A stretch of DNA of 64,000 nucleotides from a virus (lineage: Duplodnaviria; Caudoviricetes): IMG/VR virus record IMGVR_UViG_3300037313_001148, positions 26,670 to 90,669 of that record, one strand, 5' to 3'. Below are positions 1-9,243 of this stretch, in pieces. The position numbers and the translations under genes were made by a program. The notes beneath the pieces were generated by a model. That model ran no database searches. It saw nothing but the letters and a program-made list of their open reading frames with translations, and was not told the DNA's origin. Positions within the stretch are counted from its first letter, which is position 1. Each line of letters starts with the position of its first letter.

Positions 1-39
1 AACATCACATCATTCTACGATGTCGCAATCCGGAGCCTC

Positions 40-453
40 GTGCTTCGGATGGACGCCAATTTCTACTGTTCCGAGCCGAAACGCCGCGTTGTCAAAACTC
101 AAAACATTCCAAAATATGAACATGAAAAAGTCTCGGTCCCTCAAACCCCCTGGGACGGCGTAAAGCTCTGGGCAAAAGAAATTCTTGCAAAATTCTACTA
201 TAAACATATCTCTAACATCCGGAACCCATTGTGGGGAGAGCAAACGGAACGCGACAGCCTTGTCCTGGATTGGATCTTCAATAGAATCATGTCAATTAAA
301 TCAAATGTCCGTACCGTCACACATTCCAGGATTATCAAAACAGATACAATTAACGTGGTGACTAATGAATACCGTATCTGCCCTCATCTGGAATGCCAGC
401 AAAGCGAGCTTCATTATCGTTTCCTTGCTGATGCTCCCGGCTTGCGGCCCTGA
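40..453 (+). CDS. hypothetical phage protein (may begin before the window)
   Basis: Open frame of 137 aa at the window edge, same strand as the downstream operon; no motif recognised. Confidence 0.4.
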   Translation: MLRMDANFYCSEPKRRVVKTQNIPKYEHEKVSVPQTPWDGVKLWAKEILAKFYYKHISNIRNPLWGEQTERDSLVLDWIFNRIMSIKSNVRTVTHSRIIKTDTINVVTNEYRICPHLECQQSELHYRFLADAPGLRP

Positions 454-583
454 GCCGTGCCGATGCGGGGCCACGTCTTGCGGCTGCAAGCCTGGCTCCG
501 GCTCTTGCATGGTTGTTCCGTCCGGTCCTCGGAAGACGATCTGTATTCCGATGAACATGGATCAGAGATCAAAGATTCGTTAA
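365..583 (+). CDS. small Cys-rich putative lipoprotein
   Basis: Hydrophobic stretch ending LPAC (lipobox-like), then CRCGATSCGCKPGSGSC; resembles ORFs at 15808, 16013 and 62829; overlaps the previous ORF. Confidence 0.4.
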   Translation: MNTVSALIWNASKASFIIVSLLMLPACGPEPCRCGATSCGCKPGSGSCMVVPSGPRKTICIPMNMDQRSKIR

Positions 584-629
584 TTTATTGCCGCAATTTC
601 CCGCCTCGAGCGAATTTTCTTGAAAACTC

Positions 630-658
630 TTGAAAATTCCGCCGGCTCCTGCTATGAT
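630..658 (+). promoter_or_regulatory. sigma70-like promoter
   Basis: TTGAAA (630-635), 17 nt, TATGAT (653-658); upstream of ATG 696 with a GAGGGA SD. Confidence 0.6.
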
Positions 659-695
659 AGCGAAGGCTGGACAATCAAACCCCGAGGGACGGCCA

Positions 696-902
696 ATGCG
701 GCTCAAATTTTTCCGTATCAGAGGCCTCGGAGGCACTATCATCGATGCCGACGAAATCCTCATGGCAGAAGAACGAAAAAATAAATCAAAAGACAATGTA
801 TATGTTGTAGCTTATATGAGAAACGGAGAGTCATTCTTCCTCAAAACCTCAATGGCCGACTTCATCGAAGATATAAAGAAAGAAGGAATCACTGAATCAT
901 GA
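696..902 (+). CDS. hypothetical protein
   Basis: ATG 696 after promoter and SD; translationally coupled to the next ORF (ATGA overlap). Confidence 0.65.
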   Translation: MRLKFFRIRGLGGTIIDADEILMAEERKNKSKDNVYVVAYMRNGESFFLKTSMADFIEDIKKEGITES

Positions 903-1165
903 GCAAATCAAAACAAGATCAACCTTCAACAATCACGCCGCCGCCGCTGTTTCAGGCAGGCGACTCGATCTCTTGCGTGATCCTGACGGACGGACTTGCG
1001 GAGCGGGACATTTTCCGTGTCGAGTCTGTGCGGGGGGACGGCGACGACATGGAGTTGGCGATCCGGCTCAAGCCCGACATGGAACCCGTGTTCCATCCGG
1101 CCTGGCGGTTCCGCAAGCTGGAAGACGAGCCGCCGAAGCTTCCCGTCAAGAAACCTGCAAGTTAA
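899..1165 (+). CDS. hypothetical protein
   Basis: ATGA overlap with the previous gene; 88 aa. Confidence 0.6.
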   Translation: MSKSKQDQPSTITPPPLFQAGDSISCVILTDGLAERDIFRVESVRGDGDDMELAIRLKPDMEPVFHPAWRFRKLEDEPPKLPVKKPAS

Positions 1166-1453
1166 CATACCAAGAGAAGATCAGGTTGTCTGTTTGGCGG
1201 GCAATCGGTCTAAGGTCTGTAGGACCGCCTCAAGTGTCCTATGCCGACTCTCGGCAATGAGGGGGTTCTCGGCACCAGGCCGAGCGGTCCAACCCGGACT
1301 TTAAACGGGGGTCTAGCGGACGACCATAAACTTCCGCCGGCGCTTCCCAGGCTAAAAGCGACCGAGAAACTACACGACTAGTCAAGTGTTGATGTTTCAA
1401 GGAAAAGGCATGCCTATCCCGGATGACCTTGACGCATCTACACAAGATAAACC

Positions 1454-2212
1454 GTGGAAATCTTTGCGTGCCGCAAGCATGCTTCAAACACACCTGGGCG
1501 CGTTTTTCTCCATCTCAGGCTCAGTTTTCTGCTGGAGCTTTGCATGGGCGAAGACGAACACGACTACTGGTATCCGGGAGACAACCGCGACAAAGAACCC
1601 TCAACTCCCGATCGGATAAAAAAATTACAGGAACATCTCAGCAAGCTCAACAAAATCTTTTTCAGGCTCGGACTGATCTTTCAGCGGCTCGCCCCTCAAA
1701 TTGACGACAGGTGGACAGGATTGGCCGTCGTCAATCCTGTGCTCGAATGTCTAGATCCCATGGATCCTGATGATCTCGTGCGGTTATACGCCGACGTAAT
1801 GGATACGGCACGGTCCAAGGTCAGGACCATGAATTCCTTGGAGTCCAAGCTTCGCGAGACACACCGGCTCGCAAAACTTGCGGGCGGTGAAAACGTTTGG
1901 ATGTTGAAGGATCCCGGCCTCTCCCGTTCTCAGCCATCTCCTAAAAACGAAAACACATCTCCATCTCTCGATTACGTGGAGATATTACCGATCGACACCC
2001 CTCCTTCTCCGTCGTCCCTTTCGTCGGCGCAGCCGACGACTCAGCCAAGCTCCGATCGCCCTGGGATAGCCCTGGCCGAGATCGCCGCAATGCTTCGCGT
2101 AAATCCAGAGTCATTTAATTTCTCATTCGAGGATGTAAATAAGATGCATCACTCGATCTGGCCTCTGCTTCGTGAAGATATGTGCAAATTTCTAAATCAG
2201 CCGAGCCATTGA
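1454..2212 (+). CDS. hypothetical protein carrying an in-frame hairpin element
   Basis: 252 aa ORF (start uncertain, possibly ATG 1544); contains TPPSPSS encoded by the repeat at 1993-2039. Confidence 0.6.
   Translation: MEIFACRKHASNTPGRVFLHLRLSFLLELCMGEDEHDYWYPGDNRDKEPSTPDRIKKLQEHLSKLNKIFFRLGLIFQRLAPQIDDRWTGLAVVNPVLECLDPMDPDDLVRLYADVMDTARSKVRTMNSLESKLRETHRLAKLAGGENVWMLKDPGLSRSQPSPKNENTSPSLDYVEILPIDTPPSPSSLSSAQPTTQPSSDRPGIALAEIAAMLRVNPESFNFSFEDVNKMHHSIWPLLREDMCKFLNQPSH
1993..2039 (+). repeat. dispersed pyrimidine-tract + cGNAg hairpin element, copy 1
   Basis: cgacacccctccttctccgtcgtccctt followed by tcgtcggc-GCA-gccgacga. Confidence 0.9.
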
Positions 2213-2213
2213 A

Positions 2214-2606
2214 ATGGACGCTCGAGAGCAGGCGATTTTCGATCATTTTGAACAGCTTCGGCGGGAGGAGATTCCTGTCGTGGTGCATGCGGCCCACAAT
2301 TCAGGGAATCTTCGGGCGAAACAAGTCGGCTGGGTCTGGAAAGTTCATGATACGTCCAAGCCCGACGCGAAGGATAACGTCGTGCGGCGATCCTGTGAAG
2401 AGCCGGCGGTAATTATCCAATTCCCTGATGGCGTCACTCAATTTTTCTGGGCTTCTGAGGTACGCCGCGCCAATCTCCGCAACCCTCTGGTTCGTGTGCC
2501 GCGATACCACACCGAGCATTCGGGATTCCAGCAATACTCTGCCGACGACCGCCTTGCTGTTGACCGGGAAGTTCCCAAGAAAGCCTCGAGACGGAGGAAG
2601 AAATGA
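2214..2606 (+). CDS. hypothetical protein
   Basis: 130 aa, tightly packed in the operon. Confidence 0.65.
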   Translation: MDAREQAIFDHFEQLRREEIPVVVHAAHNSGNLRAKQVGWVWKVHDTSKPDAKDNVVRRSCEEPAVIIQFPDGVTQFFWASEVRRANLRNPLVRVPRYHTEHSGFQQYSADDRLAVDREVPKKASRRRKK

Positions 2607-3136
2607 AGGGCACGTCTCGTCCACCGAGTGAATCCGAAGTCTCGAAAGCATTAGTTCATGATTTCATTGACGGAATCATTGTCAGATCAGTCAATGATTT
2701 CCCTGGAGCCTCAGAACAATCGCTTCTCGGCACGGCATTCAGTGATTTCACGGCGGCTCTCAGTGCGGGCAATGTGACATCCGCCACGGCTCTTGACGGC
2801 GTTCAGACGGTCAATCTCTTGAAGGAGCGGATCGCCTGGCTTTGCGAAAACGCCAGGGTCATGGCTGTAGAGATTCGTGCTCCTGGACAGTTGATCGGCG
2901 TTTCGCGCTACTATCCTTCTGGGTATACCCTTACAACAACGCCCAAGCAAATGTTGTGGTCGAAAGACGAGCCTCCTCCCGGCCTTTCCGAGCCGATCAG
3001 CGAGAAGGAACAAAGCCTTACGAATCACATCATCGGCATTCTCAATGAATGCCCTGACTCGGTTCGGCTCCGCGTGGCCAACACTTACTGCGTTCGGTGC
3101 GGCTCCGAAGTGAAAGGCCATTTCTGCAATGCCTAA
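2603..3136 (+). CDS. hypothetical protein with C-terminal CxxC...HxC motif
   Basis: ATGA overlap; ends CVRCGSEVKGHFC. Confidence 0.65.
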   Translation: MKGTSRPPSESEVSKALVHDFIDGIIVRSVNDFPGASEQSLLGTAFSDFTAALSAGNVTSATALDGVQTVNLLKERIAWLCENARVMAVEIRAPGQLIGVSRYYPSGYTLTTTPKQMLWSKDEPPPGLSEPISEKEQSLTNHIIGILNECPDSVRLRVANTYCVRCGSEVKGHFCNA

Positions 3137-3383
3137 GATTAAGCCTATCGTTAAAAAATTATTCATGTTTTCAATCACGTCCATCGCTATCTCATTCTCT
3201 TTTGCTTATTCGACATCCCCTGACGACAAAATCCTCATGTTTATCAGGGCGTTTTGCTTGTGCTCCTGGATCTTTATTGCATTCAGGAACGGCGTAAACG
3301 TGGGCATGCAATCGCTTGCTGAAAATCTCCTTGGAAGAGCGGAAGAACTCATCGAAAATTTGGAATCAATCGAAGACGAATGA
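3129..3383 (+). CDS. small membrane protein
   Basis: Two hydrophobic segments; overlapping start and stop with neighbours. Confidence 0.6.
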   Translation: MPKIKPIVKKLFMFSITSIAISFSFAYSTSPDDKILMFIRAFCLCSWIFIAFRNGVNVGMQSLAENLLGRAEELIENLESIEDE

Positions 3384-3709
3384 AGTTATTTCAATGGCGA
3401 GAAATTGAGGCTGCCGTCGATTACGCTGCTCAAGGTGGCCAAGCACTACATATTCACAATTTCATAATTGATCGCGACAAGGCTCCCGCCTGTTTCAAGC
3501 GGGATGTTGACGCCGGAAAGCAGATTGCTCACCTGTTCGACCAGGACAAGAATCGGCTCATCGCCACGGCTCGACGATTAGGCGTGCGGGTAATCCTGGT
3601 GGAACGCGAAGGCACCGATGGTATGCACATCGATCTTTGCGGCAAGCCACTCGAGCGTGCCGTCAAGGAATGCGAAATTCCTGGAACTAAACAAGGGAGC
3701 TTATTCTGA
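3380..3709 (+). CDS. conserved phage protein, DUF4031-like
   Basis: HLFDQD...ARRLG...HIDLC pattern recalled for DUF4031-type proteins. Confidence 0.5.
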   Translation: MKLFQWREIEAAVDYAAQGGQALHIHNFIIDRDKAPACFKRDVDAGKQIAHLFDQDKNRLIATARRLGVRVILVEREGTDGMHIDLCGKPLERAVKECEIPGTKQGSLF

Positions 3710-4146
3710 TGGGACTTCCGGAATCCACTGACGATCTGACCCCGGACAATCCTCGCCGCCACATTCCCAATTGGACTGTCACTGATCCTCACGAGTGGGC
3801 TAAGAAATTTGCCGCCTGGATTTCGTATTGTCTTGGCGAGTTCACTTCTCATCGTTTCTGGGAAAATGATTACGCCGAGTGGTTTGAGATGGCGATCTTT
3901 TCCGGGAAGGAATCTTATCGGCTGGAGAAGTACCCGTTAAAAACAGGAACACTTGAAGAAGTTATCAAGGGACGACGTTTCGCGGTCCTGCAACGTAAGT
4001 CATGGACGGACAAAAGAATCTTTGTTATCTATTTTGATGGAAACTGGAACGTCAAAATGGGAAGCGACGGAAGTCAAATCACCACTCTGACCAAAATTGA
4101 AGATATCTTGGCGGATGACTGGGAGCACGTTACCCTGCCGGCCTGA
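3709..4146 (+). CDS. protein with C-terminal DUF2829/Tad2-like domain
   Basis: C-terminus ...LQRKSW...IEDILADDWEHV resembles the DUF2829 RxxW...DxLAxDW signature. Confidence 0.5.
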   Translation: MGLPESTDDLTPDNPRRHIPNWTVTDPHEWAKKFAAWISYCLGEFTSHRFWENDYAEWFEMAIFSGKESYRLEKYPLKTGTLEEVIKGRRFAVLQRKSWTDKRIFVIYFDGNWNVKMGSDGSQITTLTKIEDILADDWEHVTLPA

Positions 4147-4378
4147 TTTTCAGGATTTCTCTTGCCTTCCCCTGCTTTCCCTGCTAGGATCTGGCGACCC
4201 GGAGGCTCCACGATGCTTTTTGCCCTCCTTTTTCTGCCACCCCTGATCGTTCTTGGGGTAATGGTAGAAATCGTCTGCCGCATCCAAGACACAGAAACAA
4301 AAGCATCCGAATATATAAACAGCAACCTCCGGATCGACCAACCTCATTCCCGGAACGTCCAACCAGAAGGAATTCGGC

Positions 4379-5119
4379 ATGTCTTTGAACGATGAGAACG
4401 TTATCTGCGTATCCACGCAAGTTCTCGAGACGGCCCTTAAGAGCTTGACTGGCTGGGGGCGATTCAAGGACCAGCGTGATTCGTCCTTTTACCCATCCGA
4501 TCAGATTCCGCTCTATCAAGTCCTGAACATCTTTAACTACACCGAGTCTCGTTCTCCGATTGTCCTGCCTCGATCGGAAGCCGAGACTCACAAGTATTTC
4601 CGTCACCTGATCGCCTACAATGTTCTATCAGTAAATGGACAGATCTTCAACTATCGACGTGGCAAGGCTGGCTCTGAAGGCCGGCTTCATGATCTCCGTT
4701 CTCTGGGGATTGGGGGTCACGTCAACGACGAGGATTGTGAAGGGCCGCTCACGGCTGACAAGCTGTTTAATGCGGTCCTGCGTGAAATTCAAGAAGAGAT
4801 GTTGATTCTTGGATACAATCATTGCGGGCCTGAAAACCTGCGATACTCTCATACGGTCAACTATCGCGGCCTGATCGTGGATTCATCCAACGAGGTTGGC
4901 AAAGTTCACGTCGGAGTTGTCTACGAATTCTCATACTTCTTCCCATTGCAGACCATTTTTAGCGCCTCCAATTTGTTTGGTTCGCGGGACCACGGGCTAG
5001 AAGACGGCAAGTTCTCCGATTTCCCTTCACTGTCCTCTCCAGAGAACAAAGAAACATATGAATCCTGGTCAAAAATCCTTATTAATGCAATGAGGGTGCC
5101 GGTGCCAACCCTCTTCTGA
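4379..5119 (+). CDS. NUDIX-family phosphoesterase (COG4112/YmaB-like)
   Basis: RHLIAY...YRRGKAGSEGRLHDLRSLGIGGHVND...LREIQEE. Confidence 0.8.
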   Translation: MSLNDENVICVSTQVLETALKSLTGWGRFKDQRDSSFYPSDQIPLYQVLNIFNYTESRSPIVLPRSEAETHKYFRHLIAYNVLSVNGQIFNYRRGKAGSEGRLHDLRSLGIGGHVNDEDCEGPLTADKLFNAVLREIQEEMLILGYNHCGPENLRYSHTVNYRGLIVDSSNEVGKVHVGVVYEFSYFFPLQTIFSASNLFGSRDHGLEDGKFSDFPSLSSPENKETYESWSKILINAMRVPVPTLF

Positions 5120-5155
5120 GAGACACCAGTGTCATCCCGATCACCTGGAGACGTA

Positions 5156-5422
5156 ATGAGGTTCCGTAAAAAGCCAGTCGTGATTGAGGCGATACAGTGG
5201 ACTGGATACAACATTATGGACGTGATGACGTTCATGGCTCCAGTTGAACCAGTCCACATGTCTGGCTTCGCAAATTCTGATGAGATCATCGGCATCGACA
5301 CGCTGGAAGGCCGCATGACTGCGAAGCGTGGCGACTGGATTATCAAGGGCGTGAAGGGCGAGTTCTACCCGTGCAAAGACGATATTTTCAGGGCGACATA
5401 CGATCCAGTTGATTATGAATAA
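5156..5422 (+). CDS. widespread conserved phage protein (RKKPVVIEA...TLEG...GDWIIKGVKGEFYPC family)
   Basis: Recognisable conserved phage sequence; ATG 5156 with GGAG SD. Confidence 0.8.
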   Translation: MRFRKKPVVIEAIQWTGYNIMDVMTFMAPVEPVHMSGFANSDEIIGIDTLEGRMTAKRGDWIIKGVKGEFYPCKDDIFRATYDPVDYE

Positions 5423-5435
5423 GTTCAAAGCGAAC

Positions 5436-5512
5436 ACGCTTTGTAAGCCGTGAGTGGAAGCGTGAACCTGGCTACTGTTTGTTCTCCTTTCAGTGGCCAG
5501 GGTTAACCACGG
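5436..5512 (+). ncRNA. putative pseudoknotted RNA motif, copy A
   Basis: Stem cacgctt/aagcgtg enclosing gtaagccgtgagtg, then a long hairpin, then ggttaaccacgg; same architecture as 6021-6102 with different stem sequences. Confidence 0.6.
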
Positions 5513-5531
5513 TGGGTTTGAGCTTGATTTG

Positions 5532-5565
5532 AAGGCCGGGGAGTTTCTTCGGCTCCCCGGCCTTC
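5532..5565 (+). terminator. GC-rich terminator-like hairpin
   Basis: aaggccggggag-loop-ctccccggcctt; weak U tract. Confidence 0.6.
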
Positions 5566-5604
5566 CTTAAGACATCCAACGTAAACACAATTCAGGAGAT
5601 AATC

Positions 5605-5973
5605 ATGGGACGAGAATTAACCTCACATAAAGTGGGCGACCTGAATGATGTGCTCAAGATCGAAGTTCTGGACAAACCTGGCCCCGGCGGCGCAAATCAT
5701 AGCTATATGATTACGCCAACCATCGGAAACGCGGTGGGTCTAAAGATCGATTTTCAGAATGGGCCTCTAAAGGAAACGATCTACCCAAACGGGTTGACCA
5801 TCGAATCTCTTCTGGCTATCGCTGAGGATCGACTCAAGGGCTTTCAGTCTGGACCTTTCGCCTGTCGGGAAAATGCCTTAGCATTGACTCATATTCAGAA
5901 ATCAATGAATTGGCTTCACCATAGGACACGCGACAGATTGCAGCGTGGTGTCGAAGGCACGAATCAAGCCTAG
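5605..5973 (+). CDS. tad1: Thoeris anti-defence sponge protein Tad1 homolog
   Basis: GPGGANHSY, FQNGP, DRLKGFQSGPFACRENALALTH, RGVEGT match the Tad1 sequence pattern along the full length; AGGAG SD. Confidence 0.85.
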   Translation: MGRELTSHKVGDLNDVLKIEVLDKPGPGGANHSYMITPTIGNAVGLKIDFQNGPLKETIYPNGLTIESLLAIAEDRLKGFQSGPFACRENALALTHIQKSMNWLHHRTRDRLQRGVEGTNQA

Positions 5974-6020
5974 GATATCCAAGCACATTAATGTATAAGC
6001 AATCGTAAATATTTAGATAC

Positions 6021-6102
6021 ACACAGGGTAAGCCGTGAGTGCCTGTGTTTACTTGGCTTCAGGATTCTCCGCTCATCACCTGGAGTTCAAGGTTAACCAC
6101 GG
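6021..6102 (+). ncRNA. putative pseudoknotted RNA motif, copy B
   Basis: Stem acacagg/cctgtgt enclosing gtaagccgtgagtg, hairpin cttggcttcagg/cctggagttcaag, then ggttaaccacgg. Confidence 0.6.
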
Positions 6103-6134
6103 CCGATCACTCGGAGTTGTCTCCAGTCGGAGTA

Positions 6135-6168
6135 GGGCCGGAAGGCATCACACTTCCGGCCTTACTCT
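6135..6168 (+). terminator. terminator-like hairpin
   Basis: ggccggaag-loop-cttccggcc followed by ttactcttt. Confidence 0.6.
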
Positions 6169-6184
6169 TTGCCAAGGATCCATC

Positions 6185-6874
6185 ATGATTACTCGAGTTC
6201 TTGCTGTCCCCGTGATTGTCTCTGAGGGTCGGATCACATTTCACACCGCTTACATTGAAACAGGTGTAAATAATTGCGTCTTATCTTTGGTTCCCGGTGA
6301 ACCTGTCATCATCTACCTTGATCCATCAAAAGAACCACAATTCTCCAAGCATCCGCAAGGAGGCTGGGTTTCTCCTGTCTGGGACCGCCTGGCGGAAGCT
6401 GAAGCGGCGGAAACAGAGATTGATTATATTCACATTCATTGCCGTTGCCACAAGCGGGAAACTCTGACCGGGGACGACCTATATTCCCTCGAGCAGACCG
6501 GCCACACGGCGGATTGCCGCCATGGCATGCCTGTCTCCGGCTCACCCATCAACAAATTATTTCCCAGTGCTGCGAATGTTCTGACACAAGCCCGCAACAC
6601 TCCCCTTCCTCCGTCGTCCCCTTCGTCGGCGAAGCCGACGACAGACGCACAGAACCCGATGAACGCGATCGCCAAGTGGCTGAACGGAACATGTGGAAGT
6701 ATTCAGGATGCGTGTAAAGAGCTTGGTCTGGCCGTCGAAACTGATTCGACAAGAGATATTCTCAAATCAGAATACCATTTCATGCCTTGTACTGGTTGCG
6801 CGACGTGGGGATTCTTCCAGAACTCAACCAATCCCATGTGTCGCGCCTGTGCTGCGGAAGTAGAATCAGCTTGA
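6185..6874 (+). CDS. hypothetical protein with Cys/His motifs and an in-frame hairpin element
   Basis: Probable ATG 6185; HCRCH, CTGC...CRAC; contains repeat copy 2. Confidence 0.65.
   Translation: MITRVLAVPVIVSEGRITFHTAYIETGVNNCVLSLVPGEPVIIYLDPSKEPQFSKHPQGGWVSPVWDRLAEAEAAETEIDYIHIHCRCHKRETLTGDDLYSLEQTGHTADCRHGMPVSGSPINKLFPSAANVLTQARNTPLPPSSPSSAKPTTDAQNPMNAIAKWLNGTCGSIQDACKELGLAVETDSTRDILKSEYHFMPCTGCATWGFFQNSTNPMCRACAAEVESA
6595..6641 (+). repeat. hairpin element copy 2
   Basis: caacactccccttcctccgtcgtcccct followed by tcgtcggc-GAA-gccgacga. Confidence 0.9.
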
Positions 6875-6953
6875 CATCTTTACCTCCTTATTAACAAACA
6901 TTAACCAGACAGTTACGCTTGTCTTGACGCAGTATCACGATTTCCCATAAAAT
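6872..6953 (+). promoter_or_regulatory. putative promoter(s) for the terminase/late operon
   Basis: TTGACA near 6872; TTGACG (6924) with TAAAAT (6948). Confidence 0.45.
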
Positions 6954-6958
6954 CTCTC

Positions 6959-8635
6959 TTGAGAAATCAAGGGGGTTTTTCTTTGAGCGTTGCAACTTTT
7001 CCGATCCCTGGCTCCTCTTACCATGATCTCGCCATCAAGGCTGAGCGGTGTCGGCGATCGCTCGCCTACTTCACGCGAACCTTCTGGGATGAGATTGTCC
7101 CCGAGAAACTAACCTGGAATTGGCACATGGATGCCGTGTGCGATCATCTCCAGGCTGTTTCCCAAGGATCAATACAACGACTTATAATCAATATTCCCCC
7201 TGGATCCGCGAAGTCTACGTTAGTAAGTGTGATGTGGCCTGCATGGGAATGGATCGACCGGCCGGGTGAGCAATCTCTTTTTGGTTCATATGACGAGAAG
7301 CTTGCCCTTCGTGACTCGGTGCGCTGCCGCAAGGTCTTCGATTCTGAGCGATACCGGACGATCTTCCAGCCGGACTGGAAGATGGCAAAAGACCAAAATG
7401 CGAAAGGTTTCTACACTAACACGGCCAACGGGAATCGTTACACGTTCGGTCTGAACTCCTCCGGCAAGATGGGCTGGCGCGGAAACAAGGTTGTCCTGGA
7501 CGATCCTAACGATATCAAGGCTCGGTTTGACACGCGGATCAAGGCGGATGCCTGGGACGTGTTCGCCAGCGTGCTTCAGACCCGCGTCAACGACCTGCCG
7601 ACCGCGAAATTTCTGATTGTCCAGCAGAGAACATCTTTTGATGATTTCACTGGCCGAATTCATGACATGGAATCCGACCCCGAAGTCATGGCGGTAATGG
7701 AGAAGATCGGCAAATGGGAAACGGTCGTGATTCCGGCCGAGTTCGACCCTTCCCGGCGGTTCTTCACGAGCATTGGTTGGACTGACCCTCGCAAGGAAGC
7801 GGGGGAGAACTTCTTCCCCAAAAAGTACCCCGACGAATCTCTCGAGGGAATGAGGCTAGTCCTTGGAGACGAAGGGTACGAGGGTCAGTTCAACCAATCC
7901 CCGGCTCCCGCCGGAGGGCAAAGATTATCGCGTGATCTCTTCTGCAAGTATAAGCGAGTTTCCGGCGACATCATCGAGCTTACCAACAAATTCGGCAACA
8001 AATCTATCATCAAGCTTGGATTATGCTGGTCGTTCGTCTCGGTAGATCTCGCCGCCTCTGAGAAGCAAACAGCCGACTACACCGCATTTTCGGTCTGGGC
8101 CGTCACGCCTACCTATGATATGATCCTTCTCAATGTTGTTAATGAAAGAATGGGAGAACCTAAGATCATTGAGAAGGCTATTGCACTACACGCCTTTACT
8201 GGATATAACGGGCGGAAGCATCTTGCCTTTGTCGTTGAAGACAACGGTTTAGGACTGCCGATTGCTCAGAGCATGGCCAAACATGGACTTCCGGTCATGC
8301 AAGTCCATATTCATAGGACTGACAAGCTTGTGCGGTCGGCAACCGCCGTGATTCGCGCCAATGCCGGCGGGATCTACCTTCCCGAAGACGGACCAGAGTA
8401 TCCCTGGAAAGAACCCTGGCTTCGTCAACACGAGCGATTCCCTGGAGACGAGCACGACGACATGGTGGATGCGACATCGCTAGCCGCATCGGCTCTCTTC
8501 GACATGGGAATCGCTGGTTTGCATGGCGGGGAGTTCCTGAAGCATTCAAAGAAGAGTGCTCACGAGGTAATGGAGCCTCAGAAACAGGAACTCCCCGCCG
8601 CGACCAAACAAAACAAAAGATTATTTGGCACATGA
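6959..8635 (+). CDS. terL: terminase large subunit
   Basis: RLIINIPPGSAKS Walker A, VVLDDP Walker B, C-terminal nuclease HDDMVDATS; start may be TTG 6983. Confidence 0.95.
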   Translation: MRNQGGFSLSVATFPIPGSSYHDLAIKAERCRRSLAYFTRTFWDEIVPEKLTWNWHMDAVCDHLQAVSQGSIQRLIINIPPGSAKSTLVSVMWPAWEWIDRPGEQSLFGSYDEKLALRDSVRCRKVFDSERYRTIFQPDWKMAKDQNAKGFYTNTANGNRYTFGLNSSGKMGWRGNKVVLDDPNDIKARFDTRIKADAWDVFASVLQTRVNDLPTAKFLIVQQRTSFDDFTGRIHDMESDPEVMAVMEKIGKWETVVIPAEFDPSRRFFTSIGWTDPRKEAGENFFPKKYPDESLEGMRLVLGDEGYEGQFNQSPAPAGGQRLSRDLFCKYKRVSGDIIELTNKFGNKSIIKLGLCWSFVSVDLAASEKQTADYTAFSVWAVTPTYDMILLNVVNERMGEPKIIEKAIALHAFTGYNGRKHLAFVVEDNGLGLPIAQSMAKHGLPVMQVHIHRTDKLVRSATAVIRANAGGIYLPEDGPEYPWKEPWLRQHERFPGDEHDDMVDATSLAASALFDMGIAGLHGGEFLKHSKKSAHEVMEPQKQELPAATKQNKRLFGT

Positions 8636-8982
8636 TTACTCATCCATACTGTTCCACCTGCCCGTGCTACGTGGAGAAGCCGAAGGCTTCGTGTGCCCTG
8701 GAACCTACCTGGCTGCCGATCTCGAATCCAAAAATCCATTTCTGTTCACATCATCCTAATTGGATTCTTTACATCGACTCTCTCAAACGCGGCTCCGAGA
8801 GCCGAGTCGATTCATTTCAGATTCCCAATTGCGAATGTGTAAAAATCGGCATGTCATTTCACATGCCTCCCCTCTCTGTTCTGCACACCGACAACAGTGG
8901 CACCCCTTACGTGGCGATGACGGACTGCGAGCATTGCCACGGCTCGGGCCGAATCCCCGGCAAACCTGCACGGAAATTCTAA
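8632..8982 (+). CDS. Cys-rich hypothetical protein
   Basis: ATGA overlap; CSTC, CSHH, CEHCHGSG motifs. Confidence 0.6.
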   Translation: MITHPYCSTCPCYVEKPKASCALEPTWLPISNPKIHFCSHHPNWILYIDSLKRGSESRVDSFQIPNCECVKIGMSFHMPPLSVLHTDNSGTPYVAMTDCEHCHGSGRIPGKPARKF

Positions 8983-9242
8983 TGGGACACGGATTAGGAG
9001 ATCTTCATACTTTCTGGTTTGATTTCTCCGTACTCGGCCTCGGTCAGACCGAGTATGAAATCCGCGATCGCCGGTTTCAGAATTTCATGCGCTGCGCCCG
9101 ACTTCAAGACGGATCTCAGATTTGGCTCTCCGATCAGGTTGACCGCATCCTCTCCACGATCCGTCTCGAGTCTAATCGTTTCCCCGTCCTTACTGTCCAC
9201 TGGGGCACGATTCAGCCGGTTGTTGTCAGCGGAAGGAGGTAA
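8982..9242 (+). CDS. hypothetical protein
   Basis: TAATG coupling with the previous stop. Confidence 0.55.
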   Translation: MGHGLGDLHTFWFDFSVLGLGQTEYEIRDRRFQNFMRCARLQDGSQIWLSDQVDRILSTIRLESNRFPVLTVHWGTIQPVVVSGRR

Positions 9243-9243
9243 A

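Noticed and set aside
2580-2612. gagacggaggaagaaatg as a possible minus-strand element
   Set aside because: No adjacent stem; better explained as the SD of the 2603 gene
5436-6102. Assignment of the pseudoknot motif to HDV-like, twister, pistol or hammerhead ribozymes
   Set aside because: Only 4-5 nt lie where HDV needs P3/L3, and the catalytic cores I recall for the others are not present; left unassigned
6241-6265. attgaaac as another CRISPR repeat end
   Set aside because: Inside a CDS (YIETG) with no upstream hairpin
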